The position numbers and the translations under genes are program-made. Under the pieces are notes generated by a model. It was given only the letters and a program-made list of their open reading frames with translations. It had not been told where the DNA came from and ran no database searches. From assembly GCA_051362555.1 (NCBI GenBank), contig CM120646.1, positions 24,180,001-24,244,000 on the forward strand: a stretch of DNA of 64,000 nt, read 5' to 3'. Within the stretch, counting starts at the first letter, position 1; every line of letters begins with the position of its first letter. Shown one piece after another: positions 28,068 to 42,192 of the stretch. This DNA is from Lingula anatina (taxonomy: Eukaryota; Animalia; Brachiopoda).

Positions 28068-30320
28068 CGTCTGTTACTCTGAGAGATACGTGAACGCTGA
28101 GACGATTTCTTTCTATATTGGACGCTATATAGAATGAAAACAGCGAAATTAATGGTGCAAGTCATTATTATCCATATATCACACAAAATTGCTGCATCGC
28201 TGGAGTGACTCAAATTTTCACTTTTTAAAGAAATGCCGCAGATATTGAAGGTCCTGTACACCTCGGTACGACAACACAGAGGAGGCATAAATCTCCACTA
28301 GTGCATTGCAGCTGTACACATGGACATAACAAATGGAGCCTGGACAGAGCTTTTAAAACAGTGAGGTATTGTGGATTGAAAGTAATTCCAAAAAGGAACA
28401 TTTCCCCACGATCCTTCAGATAGTTCTCGCCTTCTTTATTTATCTAATGACAAAGCTCCAGCTCCCCGGCTTTAGTGTGGTAGGACGGTGTCTCTTCTGG
28501 CTGAACTTTGCAGGTGAAAATACTCCGACACCTGGCCGGCCAATTACGTTAATGAGAACAATAAATCAACCCTACCTTCCGGAACAATTTCCACAGATGT
28601 GAAATAAGATACTTAATTTAACGACGATGCCACCTATACAGGATACAGGACTCTCTGTCTATGCGGATATACTGCTGCAACTAAACGAATACCACCTTTT
28701 CCGTTCAAAATGATGGGCAAAACCGAACACTGGACTGGTTTTAGCAGGTTAAAATGAATCCACTGAGGAAGCCAATGTAAACAACAAAATGTCATCGTCT
28801 GTTACTCTCATGATCGTTTCTCTCACAACCGTTTCTGAGTAGAACACTGAAACCACGTGGCTCTCTTTGTTGAGGTCAGATTTCACCTGTACCGCTAAAG
28901 TAGTCAAAGTAGAGTTTACAGACATCCTGAAAAGGCCAACGACGAAGCGTGTACCGCATCTAGAGTGACAAAGGTTATTGACGGCATCAGTTTTTGGAGT
29001 AGATATCACATTGGTGCCAAAACACCATGACATCAATGACATCAAGGAGATTATTTAAGTTATTAAAACACAGTTCGACCGCCCGACAGAGCTGCCGCCT
29101 TTTAGAGTACACTTAATCAGATACTGCTGATGAAAATTTTGAACCTGAATATAGTTCTTATCATATATTAACTGGTTGTCTGTGTGATGTTCCACATCGA
29201 AGCGAATGTTTTAAATCGATCAATGAAAGTATAGATAAATCGCAGCAAAGGCAAGGATAGTTGATCACATAAGGTGTTTGTATTTACACATTGCACATAA
29301 TTATCATTTTGAATTTTGAAATTGAATTTGTCAATATTTTTCAGTTACATTTACTAGACGTCTTCATTAAAAATAAATGCGCAAATTTGATGCAAATTAA
29401 AAACCTGCACCCGTGGAAGACAATTTTGATCATTTACCCGAGAGAAGCCTGCTGGCTCTGAAGTGACACCCTTTTCAAAGACACATACCAACACGTCACA
29501 TTAGGAAATGTATGGCCATTGGTTTAAGTGTAGAGTAAAATTAGTTCCTTTTCAACCAATTTCTTGTCTTTTCTTTATGCCAGATTTTACCACGAAGAAG
29601 AAAAGAAAACCGCACCCTTTGTCACGAGTTGACAAGTGCGTTTTTTTCCTAATTAAAGATTTTCCTATCAGAATAGAAATCTCACCTGATAATAAAGCAG
29701 AAAATACTTCTTTGAGAGCTGTCTGCATTTTAGGCATTCCTCACTGTTGTAATGTTAAGACTTAATGCCCCATAAACAACTACTCGTCATTCTCGGTCGC
29801 CATTCATACGGCGTTCTGACATTTAACGGCCAACTACCGGACAATTATCTTCATTCCTTACGATAAGCTTACTATATCATTATTTCCTTATTTTATCTAT
29901 GAAGACAAACATAAGGCTTTCCTCTGTTTATCTACATAAATGAATGTCAAAAACACCTTTCTCTCCATAAATTTACCTTTTTGAAATTACCCAACCATTT
30001 GTATAAACTGCGTATCGTCCTCTAAAGACTATCATGTCAAGCTACAGTTGAGTGAAATGAGGGTTTTTTTTTCCAAGCAAGTTACGTTAAAAAGTAGCCC
30101 AAACTTTACCAATACACTGCTTGTATTCACCAGTCTAAGCCTGCAAAAACCACACTGAAGGTGTTGTGTTTTATGAAGATGACAAACATCTACCCGCTAC
30201 AAGGGCCGCAGGTTAATTATGTGTGTTTTTCTCCAACGCAATCATATTACTTGAAACATTTTGTTCTGCTTCATCATGGTAGATGTTAAGAACAAACGAG
30301 TCTCTCACCTTTGGAAAGTG

Positions 30321-30335
30321 GTGTGTGTGTGTGTG

Positions 30336-30404
<69 letters not shown>
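30321..30404. repeat. (GT)n(GA)n microsatellite
   Basis: Seen directly. Confidence 0.95.
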
Positions 30405-30407
<3 letters not shown>

Positions 30408-31320
30408 TTGGTTTTGTCGTTTTCCTACAGTCATTACCTGATCTTAAAAATTGAAGGGTGATTTCTTTTATTGTCAAAATTCAGTAAATATGAAAAATGA
30501 CTTAGCGGTCATATTCCCTCATCATTTAAGAAACTTTCCACACAATAATATCATCCTCGAGGCGATGCACCTTTCAAAACACGGGTCAACGGGGTTTTCT
30601 CGAAAATTACAAAATTATGGTATCGTCAACTCACGAGTGGATATCCTCCTGGGAGGCATAAATTTTCGACTAACTTGGTTCATAAGTGACAACTGATCCT
30701 ATATGCTGATCCTAAATGGACCTTTTCCTTTGACAGCAGTCAACCACCTGCCCACAGGTAAGTTTTTTACTTTTCTTTTTCTACTGAACTAAAATTTTCT
30801 GAGCTTTTGAGAGTTCAGCAGTTTCACTGCAATAAAGTTATTGACAGTAGAACACTAATTCGGGGTCCATACAGCGCCGTAGTCTAAATAACTTATGACG
30901 ATGATGGCAGTATGTCTGTACATAAAAATATCTAAAAAAGGAAAAAAATGGATACTGCACGATAGCAATGGCGACCTTGTGATACCCACCAGTACATTAG
31001 AACAGAACCAAGTATAAAATATTTTATTAAGAAAAAGAACGACGATCTTATCTAAGTACTAATAGACTTCATGCCACTGACATCCTCCAGAATCGCTTTT
31101 CCCGGCCTCTCTCATTCCAAAATTTCGTGGAATGAAGCCCCAGTTATTGTTAGTAGACATCAGAACACAAAGTTAGTGCTTCTGCTTTTTTTAAAAGAAA
31201 GCAACTTCTCCATTTGAGGTATAAAGATATATGTAGAGAGTAAGTTTGCGTTGGAAAAAGGGTCCTATCGGAAAGAATGGCTTGTGAAAAATTCAGACGC
31301 TTTTTTTTTTGAAAAGGAAC

Positions 31321-31326
31321 TTTATT
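31321..31326 (-). promoter_or_regulatory. candidate AATAAA polyadenylation signal of the SPA17-like gene
   Basis: TTTATT on + strand ~1.4 kb past the stop codon, near where CpG depletion ends; other candidates lie near 31561 and 31023. Confidence 0.35.
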
Positions 31327-32717
31327 GATAATATATGAAATATTTCAACTTTCAAAATTATTGAACACAAGCATATGCAATTTACAATGTAGCTATAAAT
31401 GTCTGAAGAAGTCTCTGGCATTCTTATTTATACCAGTGAGGTGTAAAGGCATTTTAAACAAACTTAAATTGATTAATCAATTCCAAAATCCTGTTTTGCA
31501 GATACTTGTAACGACAGCTACATGTGTAGTGTGATTAAAAGTTTGCAAAAGTGACCTCTTTTTATTTGAAGATATTTGTTTTGGCAAGATACTTTATCAA
31601 ATTATCAAACTTGAAAACAAAATATTAATGAAATATGAATAGTGTTTGAATTTGTGTGTAGTACAGAACTGTGTTCAAGATAGACATCCAAATCCATAAA
31701 TATGTCTTTAAATGTAAATAAACCCATAGTAATAAATGCACATACTTTACAATATAAAATACAAACAAAAAGGATAGAAACTGCTAAACTTGTTTTACAC
31801 TGTCAGAGAATTGTTTGAGATGTTCAGTTGTTTAAATTTTTATGATTTTTTTTGTTGAAAATTTAACTCTAAATAGTAGCTACTTGAAGTATGTTTTCAA
31901 TCTCAACAAATGAGGAAAATGATTGCAGGCTTATGCCACTTTCTACTGCCCCCCTCAAAGACATGAAACAATCCAAAATCAACAATCAAAACAATCTAAA
32001 ATTCTCTTATGTTCATTTATAAATCATAAATTTCACAATGAGAGAGGTGGTATTTTTTCCTTTGACCACTGTATGTAAATAAACAGAATAACCAAATTCT
32101 TTGGCCATAACACTGCTGGGTAATTAAGGAAATTTGAGAATAAAAATTTAAATTGGGGTGCTATACATGTGCAATAACATTCCTATCTGGGGTAAAAGAC
32201 CCATTGGATGGTAATGTTTATCCTTAAATCAAATGTTTATAACAGTTTTAGAGAGTGAATCTGCATCTCTTCATGATTTCATAACTATTTAAAATAATAC
32301 CAACATTAGAAACAAAGTATTGAAATTTCAATTGTTCACATCTAGAAATGTCCACTTTTTCTTATATCTCTGAAAAATAAAAGTTTTTTTTTTCTCATTT
32401 GCCCCAACCAAAAGTTTGATAAGTTGGAAATTATCAAAAAAGTGATCATAATGACAATAATAAATTATTGAAAAGAGCCAGAAAACAAAGACCTTCTAAA
32501 CTATAAATAAAGTTGCAGTATTGTTTTGGGGTTTCTGCAAGTAGTAAATGGTGTTACTATGCACCATTTTCTTGTGTACTGCCATAGATAATTATATACC
32601 TGTACACTGTACAGGGATACTACACATGGTATAACATGTGTGGATCAACTGCCATGTCCATATATACAGATCTGACTTTCTGTTCAAGGTCAAGGTCAGT
32701 TTTAAGGTAAGGTATAT

Positions 32718-33154
32718 TTATCCAGTCTCCTCAGTAGCTGCGTCTGCTGGTGTTTCTTCTGTTGGTTGCTGTTCTGCTGCTGTTTCTTCTGCTGGTTGTT
32801 GTTCTGCTGGTTGTTCTTCTGCTGGTGCTACATCTGCTGGAGGTTGTTCTTCTGTAGCTTTTTCACCCTCCTCAGCAGCTGTCTCTGATGTTTTCTTTGT
32901 GGCAACTTCTTTTCTTGCCTGCATGCCACGGAATCCAGCTTGAATTTTAGTTGCAGCTTTTCCGACCTCTGGGTCATTTAAGTCAATGTCAATTTCTTCT
33001 TCTTCCTCTGGCTTCTTCTCACCTTCAGCAGGTTTCTCACCCTCTGTTGGACCTTCACCTTGACCTTCACCCTGACCTTCACCTTCAGTGGTCTGGGAAG
33101 TATCTGGTTCAGACTCTTTCTTCATGGCAGCAACCTCTTTTCTGGCCTTAAGTC
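32718..33154 (-). CDS. SPA17: SPA17-like multi-IQ protein, terminal coding exon (acidic linker, DIDLNDPEV-IQ motif, acidic tail, TAA)
   Basis: Acceptor tttttag|GA (phase 1); (G)LKARKEV...EEEEEIDIDLNDPEVGKAATKIQAGFRGMQARKEV...TEETG*; frame-compatible with the previous exon. Confidence 0.92.
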
Positions 33155-33323
33155 CTAAAAGATACATACAAAAAAATCCACAATTAAAATAATGTATATA
33201 AATAGAGATACACAAACAAGATGCAAAAAGAAGAACACAATGTATATTTAGTACACTAACACAATCAACACATCAGAAGCACAAACACAGCCCAACACAT
33301 ATACACAAATTACATCAAACTAC

Positions 33324-33537
33324 CTTTAAAACCAGCCTGAATTTTAGTTGCAGCTTTTTCCACTTCAGGATCTTCCAGATCAATATCAATTTCTTCCTCC
33401 TCTTCTTTCTTCTCCTCTGCAGGAGGTGCTTCTGTGTCAGCAGGTGTCGCCTCTGCCTCTGCAGTTGGTGTCGCCCCAGAAGAAGGTGCTCCTGCTTCAG
33501 ACTTCTTAGCTTCAACTTCCTTTCGTGCCTTAAATCC
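33324..33537 (-). CDS. SPA17: SPA17-like exon (IQ halves flanking an Ala/Glu/Pro/Thr linker)
   Basis: cag|GGATTTAAGGCACGA...AAAG|gtagtt; GFKARKEV...EEEEEIDIDLEDPEVEKAATKIQAGFK(G); 214 nt, phase 0->1. Confidence 0.9.
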
Positions 33538-33659
33538 CTGATAATTAAAAAAAAAGTTTGCTCAAAATTAAATCTTCCAAAAAACATTTTCACGAAAAAG
33601 AAGGAAATGTTTAATACAAATAACAGCATGCGGTGAACAACAGTGCTAAAGAGTACATT

Positions 33660-34230
33660 GCTGTAAACTATGGTGCTGTAGACTACGGTGCCAAAAACTA
33701 TGGTGCTGTAGACTACGGTGCCAAAAACTATGGTGCTGTAGACTACGGTGCCAAAAACTATGGTGCTGTAGACTACGGTGCCATAAACTATGGTGCTGTA
33801 GACCACGGTGCCATAAACTATGGTGCTGAAGACTACGGTGCCATAAACTATGGTGCTGTAGACTATGGTGCCATTAACTATGGTGCTGTAGACTATGGTG
33901 CCATAAACTATGGTGCTGTTAACTATGGTGCCATAAACTATGGTGCTGTAGACTACGGTGCCATAAACTATGGTGCTGTTAACTATGGTGCCATAAACTA
34001 TGGTGCTGTAGATTATAGTGCCATTAACTATGGTGCTGTTAATTATGGTGCCATTAACTATGGTGTTGTTAATTATAGTGCCATAAACTATGGTGCTGTA
34101 GATTATAGTGCCATTAACTATGGTGCTGTTAATTATGGTGCCATTAACTATGGTGCTGTAGATTATGGTGCCATAAACTATGGTGCTGTAGACTTTTTTG
34201 CCAAAAACTATGGTACTGTATACTATGGTA
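33660..34230. repeat. intronic 15/30-bp minisatellite
   Basis: AACTATGGTGCTGTA / GACTACGGTGCCATA subunits. Confidence 0.95.
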
Positions 34231-34369
34231 GAAGAATAGTGGGGTAGTGTAGAATAAATTTAGAGCAGAAAAGTCTACAGGTAGAGCAGAATAATGTGAA
34301 TTATAGTAAATAGACAAGAATTAGAGTAGAAAAGACAAAAAATAGTACAAGAATACTGGAGGAAGCTGA

Positions 34370-36030
34370 GAGCAGCTGAAGTGAGAAAATGATAGTAGTG
34401 ACAGCAGTAGTGTAGATAACAGAGTGGTCAACTAGAGATAAAAGTACAGTACAAGAAGACTGGAGAAAACTGAGAGAAGCTAAAGTTAAATGACAGTAGT
34501 GACAGCAGTAGTGTAGATAACAGAGTGGTAAACTAGAGATAAAAGTACAGTACAAGAAGACTGGAGAAAACTGAGAGAAGCTAAAGTGAAATGACAGTAG
34601 TGACAGCAGTAGTGTAGATAACAGAGTGGTAAACTAGAGATAAAAGTACAGTACAAGAAGACTGGAGAAAACTGAGAGAAGCTAAAGTGAAATGACAGTA
34701 GTGACAGCAGTAGTGTAGATAACAGAGTGGTAAACTAGAGATAAAAGTACAGTACAAGAAGACTGGAGAAAACTGAGAGAAGCTAAAGTTAAATGACAGT
34801 AGTGACAGCAGTAGTGTAGATAACAGAGTGGTAAACTAGAGATAAAAGTACAGTACAAGAAGACTGGAGAAAACTGAGAGAAGCTAAAGTTAAATGACAG
34901 TAGTGACAGCAGTAGTGTAGATAACAGAGTGGTAAACTAGAGATAAAAGTACAGTACAAGAAGACTGGAGAAAACTGAGAGAAGCTAAAGTTAAATGACA
35001 GTAGTGACAGCAGTAGTGTAGATAACAGAGTGGTAAACTAGAGATAAAAGTACAGTACAAGAAGACTGGAGAAAACTGAGAGAAGCTAAAGTGAAATGAC
35101 AGTAGTGACAGCAGTAGTGTAGATAACAGAGTGGTCAACTAGAGATAAAAGTACAGTACAAGAAGACTGGAGAAAACTGAGAGAAGCTAAAGTGAGGAGA
35201 TGACAGTAGTGACAGCAGTAGTGTAGATAACAGTGTGGTCAACTAGAGATAAAAGTACAGTACAAGAAGACTGGAGAAAACTGAAAGAAGGTAAAGTGAA
35301 ATGACAGTAGTGACAGCAGTAGTGTAGATAACAGAGTGGTCAACTAGAGATTAAAGTACAGTACAAGAAGACTGGAGAAAACTAAGAGAAGCTAAAGTGA
35401 AATGACAGTAGTGACAGCAGTAGTGCAGTTAACAGAGTGGTCAACTAGAGATAAAAGTACAGTACAAGAAGACTGGAGAAAACTGAAAGAAGGTAAAGTG
35501 AAATGACAGTAGTGACAGCAGTAGTGTAGATAACAGAGTGGTCTACTAGAGATAAAAGTACAGTACAAGAAGACTGGAGAAAACTGAAAGAAGCTAAAGT
35601 GAAATGACAGTAGTGACAGCAGTAGTGTAGATAACAGAGTGGTCTACTAGAGATAAAAGTACAGTACAAGAAGACTGGAGAAAACTGAAAGAAGCTAAAG
35701 TGAAATGACAGTAGTGACAGCAGTAGTGTAGATAACAGAGTGGTCAACTAGAGATAAAAGTACAGTACAAGAAGACTGGAGAAAACTGAGAGAAGCTAAA
35801 GTGAAATGACAGTAGTGACAGCAGTAGTGTAGATAACAGAGTGGTCAACTAGAGATAAAAGTACAGTACAAGAAGACTGGAGAAAACTGAGAGAAGCTAA
35901 AGTGAAATGACAGTAGTGACAGCAGTAGTGTAGATAACAGAGTGGTCAACTAGAGATAAAAGTACAGTACAAGAAGACTGGAGAAAACTGAGAGAAGCTA
36001 AAGTGAGGAGATGACAGTAGTGACAGCAGC
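34370..36030. repeat. intronic 101-bp tandem repeat, ~16 copies
   Basis: Unit GAAGCTAAAGTGAAATGACAGTAGTGACAGCAGTAGTGTAG...GGAGAAAACTGAGA; the array ends ~8 nt from the donor of exon 36040-36183. Confidence 0.95.
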
Positions 36031-36039
36031 AGTTCCCAC

Positions 36040-36183
36040 CTTGAACCCTGCCTGGATCTTAGTGGCTGCTTTCTCCACTTCAGGGTCATTCAGATCTATA
36101 TCTATCTCTTCTTTTTCTTCTGTTTTAGCAGCAGGCTCAGGCTCCTTAAGTGCCTCTGTGGCAGCTGCCTCTGCTTTTTCCTC
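36040..36183 (-). CDS. SPA17: SPA17-like exon (acidic linker + N-half of IQ)
   Basis: tag|GAGGAA...TTCAAG|gtggga; EEKAEAAATEALKEPEPAAKTEEKEEIDIDLNDPEVEKAATKIQAGFK; 144 nt, phase 0-0. Confidence 0.92.
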
Positions 36184-36191
36184 CTAGAAAT

Positions 36192-36762
36192 AGTGATGAT
36201 ACCTATGTCTCAGAATACATGATATGAGTTGTATAGAGAGGTGTAAATATTGATGATATCTATGTCTAAGAATACATGATATGAGTTGTATGGAGAGGTG
36301 TAAATATTAATGATATCTATGTCTCAGAATACACGATATGAGTTGTATGGAGAGGTGTAAATATTGATGATATCTATGTCTCAGAATACATGATATGAGT
36401 TGTATGGAGAGGTGTAAATATTGATGATATCTATGTCTCAGAATACATGATATGAGTTGTATGGAGAGGTGTAAATATTGATGATATCTATGTCTCAGAA
36501 TACACGATATGAGTTGTATGGAGAGGTGTAAATATTGATGATATCTATGTCTCAGAATACATGATATGAGTTGTAAAGTGAGATGTAAATATTGATGATA
36601 TCTATGTCTCAGAATACATGATATGAGTTGTATGGAGAGGTGTAAATATTGATGATATCTATGTCTCAGAATACATGATATGAGTTGTATGGAGAGGTGT
36701 AAATATTGATGATATCTATGTCTCAGAATACATGACATCAGTTGTATGGAGAGGTGTAAATA
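36192..36762. repeat. intronic 57-bp tandem repeat, ~10 copies
   Basis: TGATGATATCTATGTCTCAGAATACATGATATGAGTTGTATGGAGAGGTGTAAATAT; begins within ~10 nt of the exon acceptor. Confidence 0.95.
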
Positions 36763-37123
36763 CTGTACTAAGAACTGTTAAGGGAAATAATGGTAGATTG
36801 TAAACAACAATATATTCATCAGTAAAAAAAAAGTCTGTCTCTAGTCATCAAGCTTGGCTATCTTGTTTTCAGTTCTTCAAATTCACTCATATCACACATT
36901 AATCACATTACACTTTTTCAAGAAACCTAAGACTCTTGAAAATCACCCTACACATGTATGGTGAAAATAATTCAACAAATAACTGAAAAGTTTAGTCAAA
37001 AAGGTATAGTGTAATTTTTCTAGTTCCCCCACACCCTGTATTGTATGTGATTTTTTTACTGTCCTTTCAGTTCTACCCCCTCTGTGTGAACAATTTTCCT
37101 GGAATAAACTATTAAATGCCTGC

Positions 37124-37203
37124 TATAATATAATATAATATAATATAATATAATATAATATAATATAATATAATATAATATAATATAATATAATATAATA
37201 TAA
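37124..37203. repeat. (TATAA)n microsatellite
   Basis: Seen directly. Confidence 0.95.
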
Positions 37204-37903
37204 TGAGATGCAGTGTGCCAACAAGATAAATGCCGTGCAATGTGTTTGCCACTCACTGAAAAACATTGAGATGTCAACAATTATATATCAGCAAACAATT
37301 GTGTACATAATGAAAAACCCTGAGAGAAAACATCTGAAGCCATATTTGCTTAGCTCATACACATGGATACTTTCCTATTAAACCCCATGCAGAGAGAATA
37401 CATTGCTACATCCTCCAAACTATAACAGGGATATCCAGGTAGAATACAGATAAAGCGCCTAACAATGGATATCTAAATGTATCCAGTAATATAATGTTCT
37501 ATTGCCGACAGCTACAGATAGTTTATCAGCACATGATCTACTAGTACCACTATAGCGTATGTTCAGAAGCTTGCAAAATGTCAATAAAGCAGCCCAAGAC
37601 TAGTAAGACAAGTAAAAAAAAAGGTATTCTTTCCCACCCAACATGTCAACTTGATGATGAAAGTTTACTAACTGCAAATACATTTCAATTAAAAAATAAA
37701 TACACTTAAAATTCAGAATTAGTACATTATCCATACTTAATGCTGGACAACTAGCAAAATTGGTATATGAAAGCATTGCAGATGACCAGATGGGACGTAT
37801 GGTAATAGATTACGTAGCAGTCACTACAAGGAGCAGAAGCTAAGCAGCATGGAACCAGACTAGGTTCTACCATTTTAAAGGGATATTAAAGGCAACTTCT
37901 TAC

Positions 37904-37990
37904 ACCAGATTTTATTTCTTTGACTCGTTTTCTATCTCTCATTCCTCGGAAACCTGCTTGGATTTTACACGCAGCTGCTTCCTTGGTTTC
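37904..37990 (-). CDS. SPA17: IQ cassette exon 13: ETKEAAACKIQAGFRGMRDRKRVKEIKSG
   Basis: cag|GAA...GGT|gtaaga; 87 nt, phase 0-0, IQ consensus. Confidence 0.88.
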
Positions 37991-38581
37991 CTGCCAGGAA
38001 ATGAAAAAGTAAGTTAACCATAATCTCCACCAAAGATTGATCTCTAATGAATTACATGGGATTATAGTCTCATTAAATAAAAACACAGTTATTATTATTA
38101 TTATTATTATTTTAAATAAAAGTAGGATATTTTGCTTAGAGCTGCATAGTAGTTTTAAGGTAAACTACCAATGGCAAGTTTTAAAATGTCCAAAAGTCAC
38201 AATTTGTATATGTGCATATCTTGCAAAGACATTTAATCTCTCCCAAATAACACCTTACAAAAGATAAACTACCCTCAAATTAAAGTACCGATTGTCCAGG
38301 AAATCACATCAGAACGATGTGAAAGAGATTCACAAATCAGAAGCATGCTAAGTGAAGATTGGAGACCACTCTCCATAGAATTTTCACAACAGCACAAGAT
38401 GCAGATCTCTTGTTTCCAAGGGAGACATGCTTTCACTTTCTTCACAAAAATTACTGATAACTGTATGGCACACGCATTTGCCTTATGAAGGCAGCACAGC
38501 ATTTAATGCATGTAAATCACTTCGACAAGTTACTTATAAATCTCATATAAAGTCCACATACAGAGGGATAAATCACTCAGT

Positions 38582-38633
<52 letters not shown>

Positions 38634-39522
38634 GGAGGTTCAAACTTCACTTTTTCAAAATTCTGGTGATAATTATGACTTATTTATCTGTTCCTCCAGT
38701 TTATAAAAGTCTGCCAAATGATGTAGTAATGTATGCATATTACTGCTGCAGGTGTAACAGCATATTTACATATTATTTATCAGGAAATATAAAAGGATGA
38801 GCTTTGGTTTTGTTATTTGAAATTACATGGTAGTATTCGGTTGGGATAAGTGGCAATGATTTGACATGCTAACTCACTTTAAATGCAGTTTTTAAACACT
38901 TTAAATACATACTGTTTTATTATCTGTTTGACTTGGTTCTCAAAGCTCATGTGTAATCAAAACCAATGCATTTCCTTAATAAACAAGGCTATGTGCTTAT
39001 GTTAACATATTGACCTGTCCAATGCTTTAATGTAAAACATGATATAAAGATTAAATAATAGTAAGACAGGGAAGTTATGTTAATATGTGAAATGCCAACA
39101 AGAAGGTTTAAAAAGACCAAGGCATCACAATTCAATTGGTCATTTTAAAGGATTGTTAACATGGTATCATATATTGCACAACATAACACTGAACAGCAAG
39201 GAGTAAGAGAGAGAAAATATGGGATAAATAGAAGCAAATATACACTAAGGTTGAAAACTAAATCCTAATGATAGAACACAAATATGACAGCTGTGTCAAA
39301 AGTGGATCCAATTAAACACCAACTCTTGGGATGAAATACAAATGCTTTGGTTGAGACAAACAGCACACCATGAGACAAATGTTTGAGATCAGGAACCATG
39401 TCCCAGGGATAACATACATGCTCTGGTTGAAATACCCACTGAATAAAACAGACTTCAGATGAAACAAACACTTTGAAAAGTGCGGTAGGTGAGACACAAA
39501 TGTGTTGTTGGGTGAGACAGAC

Positions 39523-39603
39523 CTTGATGACCTTGACCTTCTGTCTGGCATGCATGCCTCTGAATCCTGCTTGGATCTTTGTGGCAGCATGGCTTTCTGC
39601 TGC
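39523..39603 (-). CDS. SPA17: IQ cassette exon 12: AAESHAATKIQAGFRGMHARQKVKVIK
   Basis: tag|GCA...AAG|gtctgt; 81 nt, phase 0-0. Confidence 0.88.
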
Positions 39604-39977
39604 CTATGTAAATGACAACACCTGCTTTCATCTGATTGAAAATTGTTACAAAATACTTTCCACAAAATCCTATAATTCTGATTATTATATTGCCAAAATT
39701 GTGTGAAAAAGACTGAATTCATCAAAACAGTCCATTCACCTTCAAAAAAGGTATAGGAGAATTAAGATTTAAATTAAAAGCATATTAAAAAATTTATCAT
39801 CATTACTATCAGAGAAACCTTTATACTAGATATTATAATAAGGCAAAGTGAAATGAGATTAAAATATCACAATATAACCAGATCAATAAGAAATGTTCTT
39901 AAGATGTAGCAATATTTCATTGCATCTAAAGAATAAAATGACATCATAATTTGTACCACCAAATATAAAAAACACAC

Positions 39978-40058
39978 CTTCATTTTCTTCACTTCCTTTC
40001 TGGCCTTCATGCCTCGAAAACCAGCCTCAATTTTTGTAGCTGCTTTTGACTCCACCTC
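39978..40058 (-). CDS. SPA17: IQ(IE) cassette exon 11: EVESKAATKIEAGFRGMKARKEVKKMK
   Basis: cag|GAG...AAG|gtgtgt; 81 nt, phase 0-0. Confidence 0.88.
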
Positions 40059-40636
40059 CTGCATAGAATATCATATGATATGCTCTACCATAACCCATCA
40101 TATTACACTATAAACTATGTAATCGTTTAGTTCTTTTAAAAGATGATAAAATGTTATTTTTTATGAAAAATATATATAAAGTTTAGTTGGAACTGTTTCA
40201 GATATTCAATATCATTCAATATAAGACAAAATGAAACTATAGAACTTTAGGGAGGGGGTACATAACAAGGATAATATTTTGACTTTAAGCAGTATTACCC
40301 TGCCATCAAAATATCCTGGAATTAATTCCATTTGAAATACCCAAACAATTCCGGGGGCAGAGTGGAAAATGCACACGAGAAACAACATTCTGTCACACAA
40401 AAGGACAACAAGCAGAATTACCTTCTTTATCCACTTCATTGTCAAATACATATGATGTGAAATACCATTTTCATGCTTTTTCACGATAGGAAAAGGATTT
40501 AAATCCACTTTATACATAATCACATGCAAAGTGGTAATTTCGAACAATGACAGATTACTGACCTCTCAAGGATGTAGATGAAAAGGAATCTCAAGAAAAT
40601 AAGCCTTTGTAAAACTAGTAAAATGCATACTTCAGT

Positions 40637-41083
40637 ATTTAATAACCCAGGACAGCACTGGCTGAGCCAAGTCCCATGCTATCAATATGTCAGGTGAGAT
40701 ATTTAATAACCCAGGACCACACTGGGTGAGCTAAGTCCCATGCTATCAATGTGTCAGGTGAGATATTTAATAACCCAGGACCACACTGGGTGAGCTAAGT
40801 CCCATGCTATCAATGTGTCAGGTGAGATAATTAATAACAAAGGACCACACTGGGTGAGCTAAGTCCCATGCTATCAATGTGTCAGGTGAGATATTTAATA
40901 ACCCAGGACCACACTGGGTGAGCTAAGTCCCATGCTATCAATATGTCAGGTGAGATATTTAATAACCCAGAACCACACTGGGTGAGCTAAGTCCCATGCT
41001 ATCAATGTGTCAGGTGAGATATTTAATAACCCAGGACCACACTGGGTGAGCTAAGTCCCATGCTATCAATGTGTCAGGTGAGA
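40637..41083. repeat. intronic 64-bp tandem repeat, 7 copies
   Basis: ATTTAATAACCCAGGACCACACTGGGTGAGCTAAGTCCCATGCTATCAATGTGTCAGGTGAGAT; ends ~5 nt from an exon donor. Confidence 0.95.
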
Positions 41084-41088
41084 CAGAC

Positions 41089-41169
41089 CTTCATAACCTG
41101 GACCTGGTGCCTGACATGCATGCCACGGAATCCTGCCTGGATCTTGGTTGCTGCTTCAACCTCTCTTTC
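41089..41169 (-). CDS. SPA17: IQ cassette exon 10: EREVEAATKIQAGFRGMHVRHQVQVMK
   Basis: tag|GAA...AAG|gtctgt; 81 nt, phase 0-0. Confidence 0.88.
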
Positions 41170-41865
41170 CTATTGTATGAATGTTTAACAAGTCACCTGA
41201 TATTATGCATGTACATATAAATTATAATAAGTTAATAAGAAGCAAGCTAGATATACTTTCAATCAGAAATCCATGTTTAAGTGTTCAAATACATTATGCT
41301 GAGAACTATTTTTCTGTATTTAATAGATATTTTGCCAGTTGGAAGATAAAATGTGGCAAAGTGAACAAATGTTTCAGACAACCATCATTATTTACTCCAC
41401 AATTCCTGTGATATCAATGGTAGCACACATAACTGTAGTTATTAGTTATAACATTAATGACCAGTTCTGAAAAGAGAATGCTAGAAACCTGCATCTGTCA
41501 ATATTTTTCAGCCATTCTGTGGAATTATAGTGCTGTGAAAGAACACAATATGCACAAGTCTGTGAAGAATGCTTAACAACCATAAGATACCACTTTTGTG
41601 TTAACTGAACAGTGCACAGTGCTTATAGTAACCCAAATAGCAACCTTACCCTGCAGACAAAAATATTCTTAGAACCATGTGTGCAATGACATTCCAATAT
41701 TTGGGTGTACAATTAAGACTTCAAATTGGATCATTTAAATCAATAAAAATGTTGGTAAGCTGATATTAATTTTAAACCACAGATTACAGGTTATCTGTAG
41801 TCAATCATGTAATTCCCACCTAACAATAGTCTGCTTAATGTATCTCAGTAGGTGTAAAAACAAAC

Positions 41866-41946
41866 CTTCATATGCCGGACATCTCTTCTGGCCTTCATTC
41901 CCCTAAAGCCTGCTTCTATTTTTGTAGCTGCTTCTGTTTCTACTTC
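41866..41946 (-). CDS. SPA17: IQ(IE) cassette exon 9: EVETEAATKIEAGFRGMKARRDVRHMK
   Basis: cag|GAA...AAG|gtttgt; 81 nt, phase 0-0. Confidence 0.87.
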
Positions 41947-42111
41947 CTGTGATTATATCAAATCAGATAAGAGAACAGTATATATTTAAATAAAGAGGCT
42001 TTAGGTTGTGCCTCTGTATTTAATTAAGGCTTTCTTCTGATATATTTATACTTGGAATTTCACTCAAATCTCCTGAAAGTTTTATATGTAACATTAGTCA
42101 AATTTTCACAC

Positions 42112-42192
42112 CTTTTTATGTTTGATTTCTTCTCTGGCTTTCATACCACGATAAGCTGCTTCAATTTTTGTGGCTGCTTCTGTCTCTACCAT
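42112..42192 (-). CDS. SPA17: IQ(IE) cassette exon 8: MVETEAATKIEAAYRGMKAREEIKHKK
   Basis: cag|ATG...AAG|gtgtga; 81 nt, phase 0-0. Confidence 0.87.

Noticed and set aside
33633-34247. 204-aa NYGAV/DYGAI repeat ORF resembling a structural or pentapeptide-repeat protein
   Set aside because: Translation of a 15-bp intronic minisatellite; non-ATG start, no signal peptide, antisense to the host gene.
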